In this document: positions 62,882 to 64,000 of the stretch, piece by piece
Layout of the letters: every line of letters begins with the position of its first letter
How positions within the stretch are numbered: position 1 is the first letter of the stretch
NCBI RefSeq assembly: GCF_006345805.1
Contig: NC_043015.1
Location: 16,120,001 to 16,184,000, forward strand
Length of the DNA stretch: 64,000 bases
Reading direction: 5' to 3'
DNA from: Octopus sinensis
Lineage: Eukaryota
The notes under the pieces: model-generated
Seen by the model: only the letters and a program-made list of their open reading frames with translations
Database searches by the model: none
Told to the model about the DNA's origin: nothing
Translations under genes and position numbers: made by a program

Positions 62882-63583
62882 TAGAATATGCTTCAACACA
62901 CGAACTCATATAAAGAATCTTGCAAACCAAATCCAAAAACGAATTATTCAGTTTACGTGCGTAAAAAAAGGGGACATAACTAAATGCACCAAAATATGTT
63001 CGTTTGGCTCCGACAAAATATAATGGAAATTGGCTGCTTTGATGTTAGTGGACAACTAGTAGTAGTGAACGTAACTTTGATAGGTTTCGGCCATTATTGG
63101 CCCAGACCATGTCTAACTTACTAGCACCACCTGAAAGTAAATTTTTTCATCGAAAATATAACCACGGTGAGTGGCGCACTGGCCATTGGGTATTCGGCGG
63201 AATATTTGTCTGTTAAATTTATATATATATATTTTAAATATTTTTATGTGACGAGTTAATCACACGAAATATTATATATGGTAATTGTTCAGTTGGTGGA
63301 AGTAAAGAATACGTACACCCGGTGTTTTGGGTTAGGATTTTTGTTACGCCGAAAAAGGGTGGTGTGCGTATTTACCTCCGCCAAGTTATTTTACTACGTT
63401 TGACGAAATCGTCTAACTTTACGTTCTCTTCATGAAACATAAATGAAATCAAAATAAATCTTTGCAGAAATATACGCGACGAAATTAAAAGCATGACTTT
63501 ATTTAAATTTAACCATTTTATTTTCTCATTCATTTTGCGTTTGAGCGTAGACTTTCATTCCCTGGTTCCAGAGTTTCTGAACC

Positions 63584-63768
63584 TATTTCTTTACTACCCA
63601 CAAGGGGCTAAACACAGAAAGAACAAACAAGGACAGACAAACGGATTAAGTCGATTATATCGACCTCAGTGCGTAACTGGTACTTATTTAATCGACCCCG
63701 AAAGGATGAAAGGCAAAGTCGACCTCGGCGGAATTCGAACTCAGAACGTAGCGGCAGACGAAATACAA
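63584..63768 (-). mobile_element. 5'-truncated SINE (fourth family) with 14-bp target-site duplication
   Basis: AGAGTTTCTGAACC is repeated at 63570-63583 and 63769-63782. The B box GAGTTCGAATTCC is on the - strand and the A box is missing. Older copies of this family lie near 28100-28290, 31050-31200 and 52230-52720. Confidence 0.85.
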
Positions 63769-64000
63769 AGAGTTTCTGAACCAACTTCTCACATGTGTAT
63801 CCACCGAAGTTCAGTTATTTGGATCGTTTAAAAAATTTACTTTTCACAATTTTTGGTCACCAGTTGTTGATGTTACATACACTTCTATTTTCAAAATTCT
63901 AAAATGCGTTTCGTTTGTTAGTTTCCTATTTTAACTCATAAAAACTACATACAACTTACGCTAGAATTACATTAAATGGCGTTACGTCACGTAACGGAAA

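Larger units (their letters stand above)
62500..64000. promoter_or_regulatory. CpG-enriched, promoter-like region
   Basis: CG dinucleotides are visibly more frequent than in the gene bodies. It holds inverted ETS-like GGAAGT sites (62581-62612), a consensus + strand donor CG|GTGAGT at 63167, and the palindrome CGTTACG-TCA-CGTAACG at 63980-63996. Confidence 0.4.

Overview
This is AT-rich eukaryotic genomic DNA. The repeat families (tRNA-derived SINEs, RTE LINEs with (GAT)n tails, dense (TA)n tracts) look like those of Octopus, which is my inference and not a database result. Bases 1076-40472 (+) hold the 3' part of a type IV collagen gene. I traced 23 GT-AG exons by hand, and they join in frame to about 1078 aa of interrupted Gly-X-Y followed by a complete alpha2-type NC1 domain with an unusual 17-aa Arg/Gly tail. 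Converging on it from the - strand is a 3.7-kb single-exon ORF (48502-52182) for a ZNFX1-like UPF1-family (SF1) RNA helicase that stops after its first NF-X1 zinc finger. The rest is transposon material: a decayed Helitron with its 3' hairpin-CTAG end, two RTE LINE remnants, mariner remnants and MITEs, piggyBac-like MITEs, several SINE families and microsatellites. The most interesting unexplained signal lies between the two genes. It is a young-looking 638-bp element with 90-bp terminal direct repeats, inserted in a (TA)n tract, and it carries a minimal type I hammerhead ribozyme motif on the - strand (retrozyme/Penelope-like). A second, decayed hammerhead sits 1.5 kb away. Other leads are two long intronic hairpins, possible Gly->Cys changes in the collagen helix, and an IRF+CRE motif cluster upstream of ZNFX1. 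All coordinates, alignments and folds were done by eye. Repeat edges may be off by a few bases, and no search or folding program was run.
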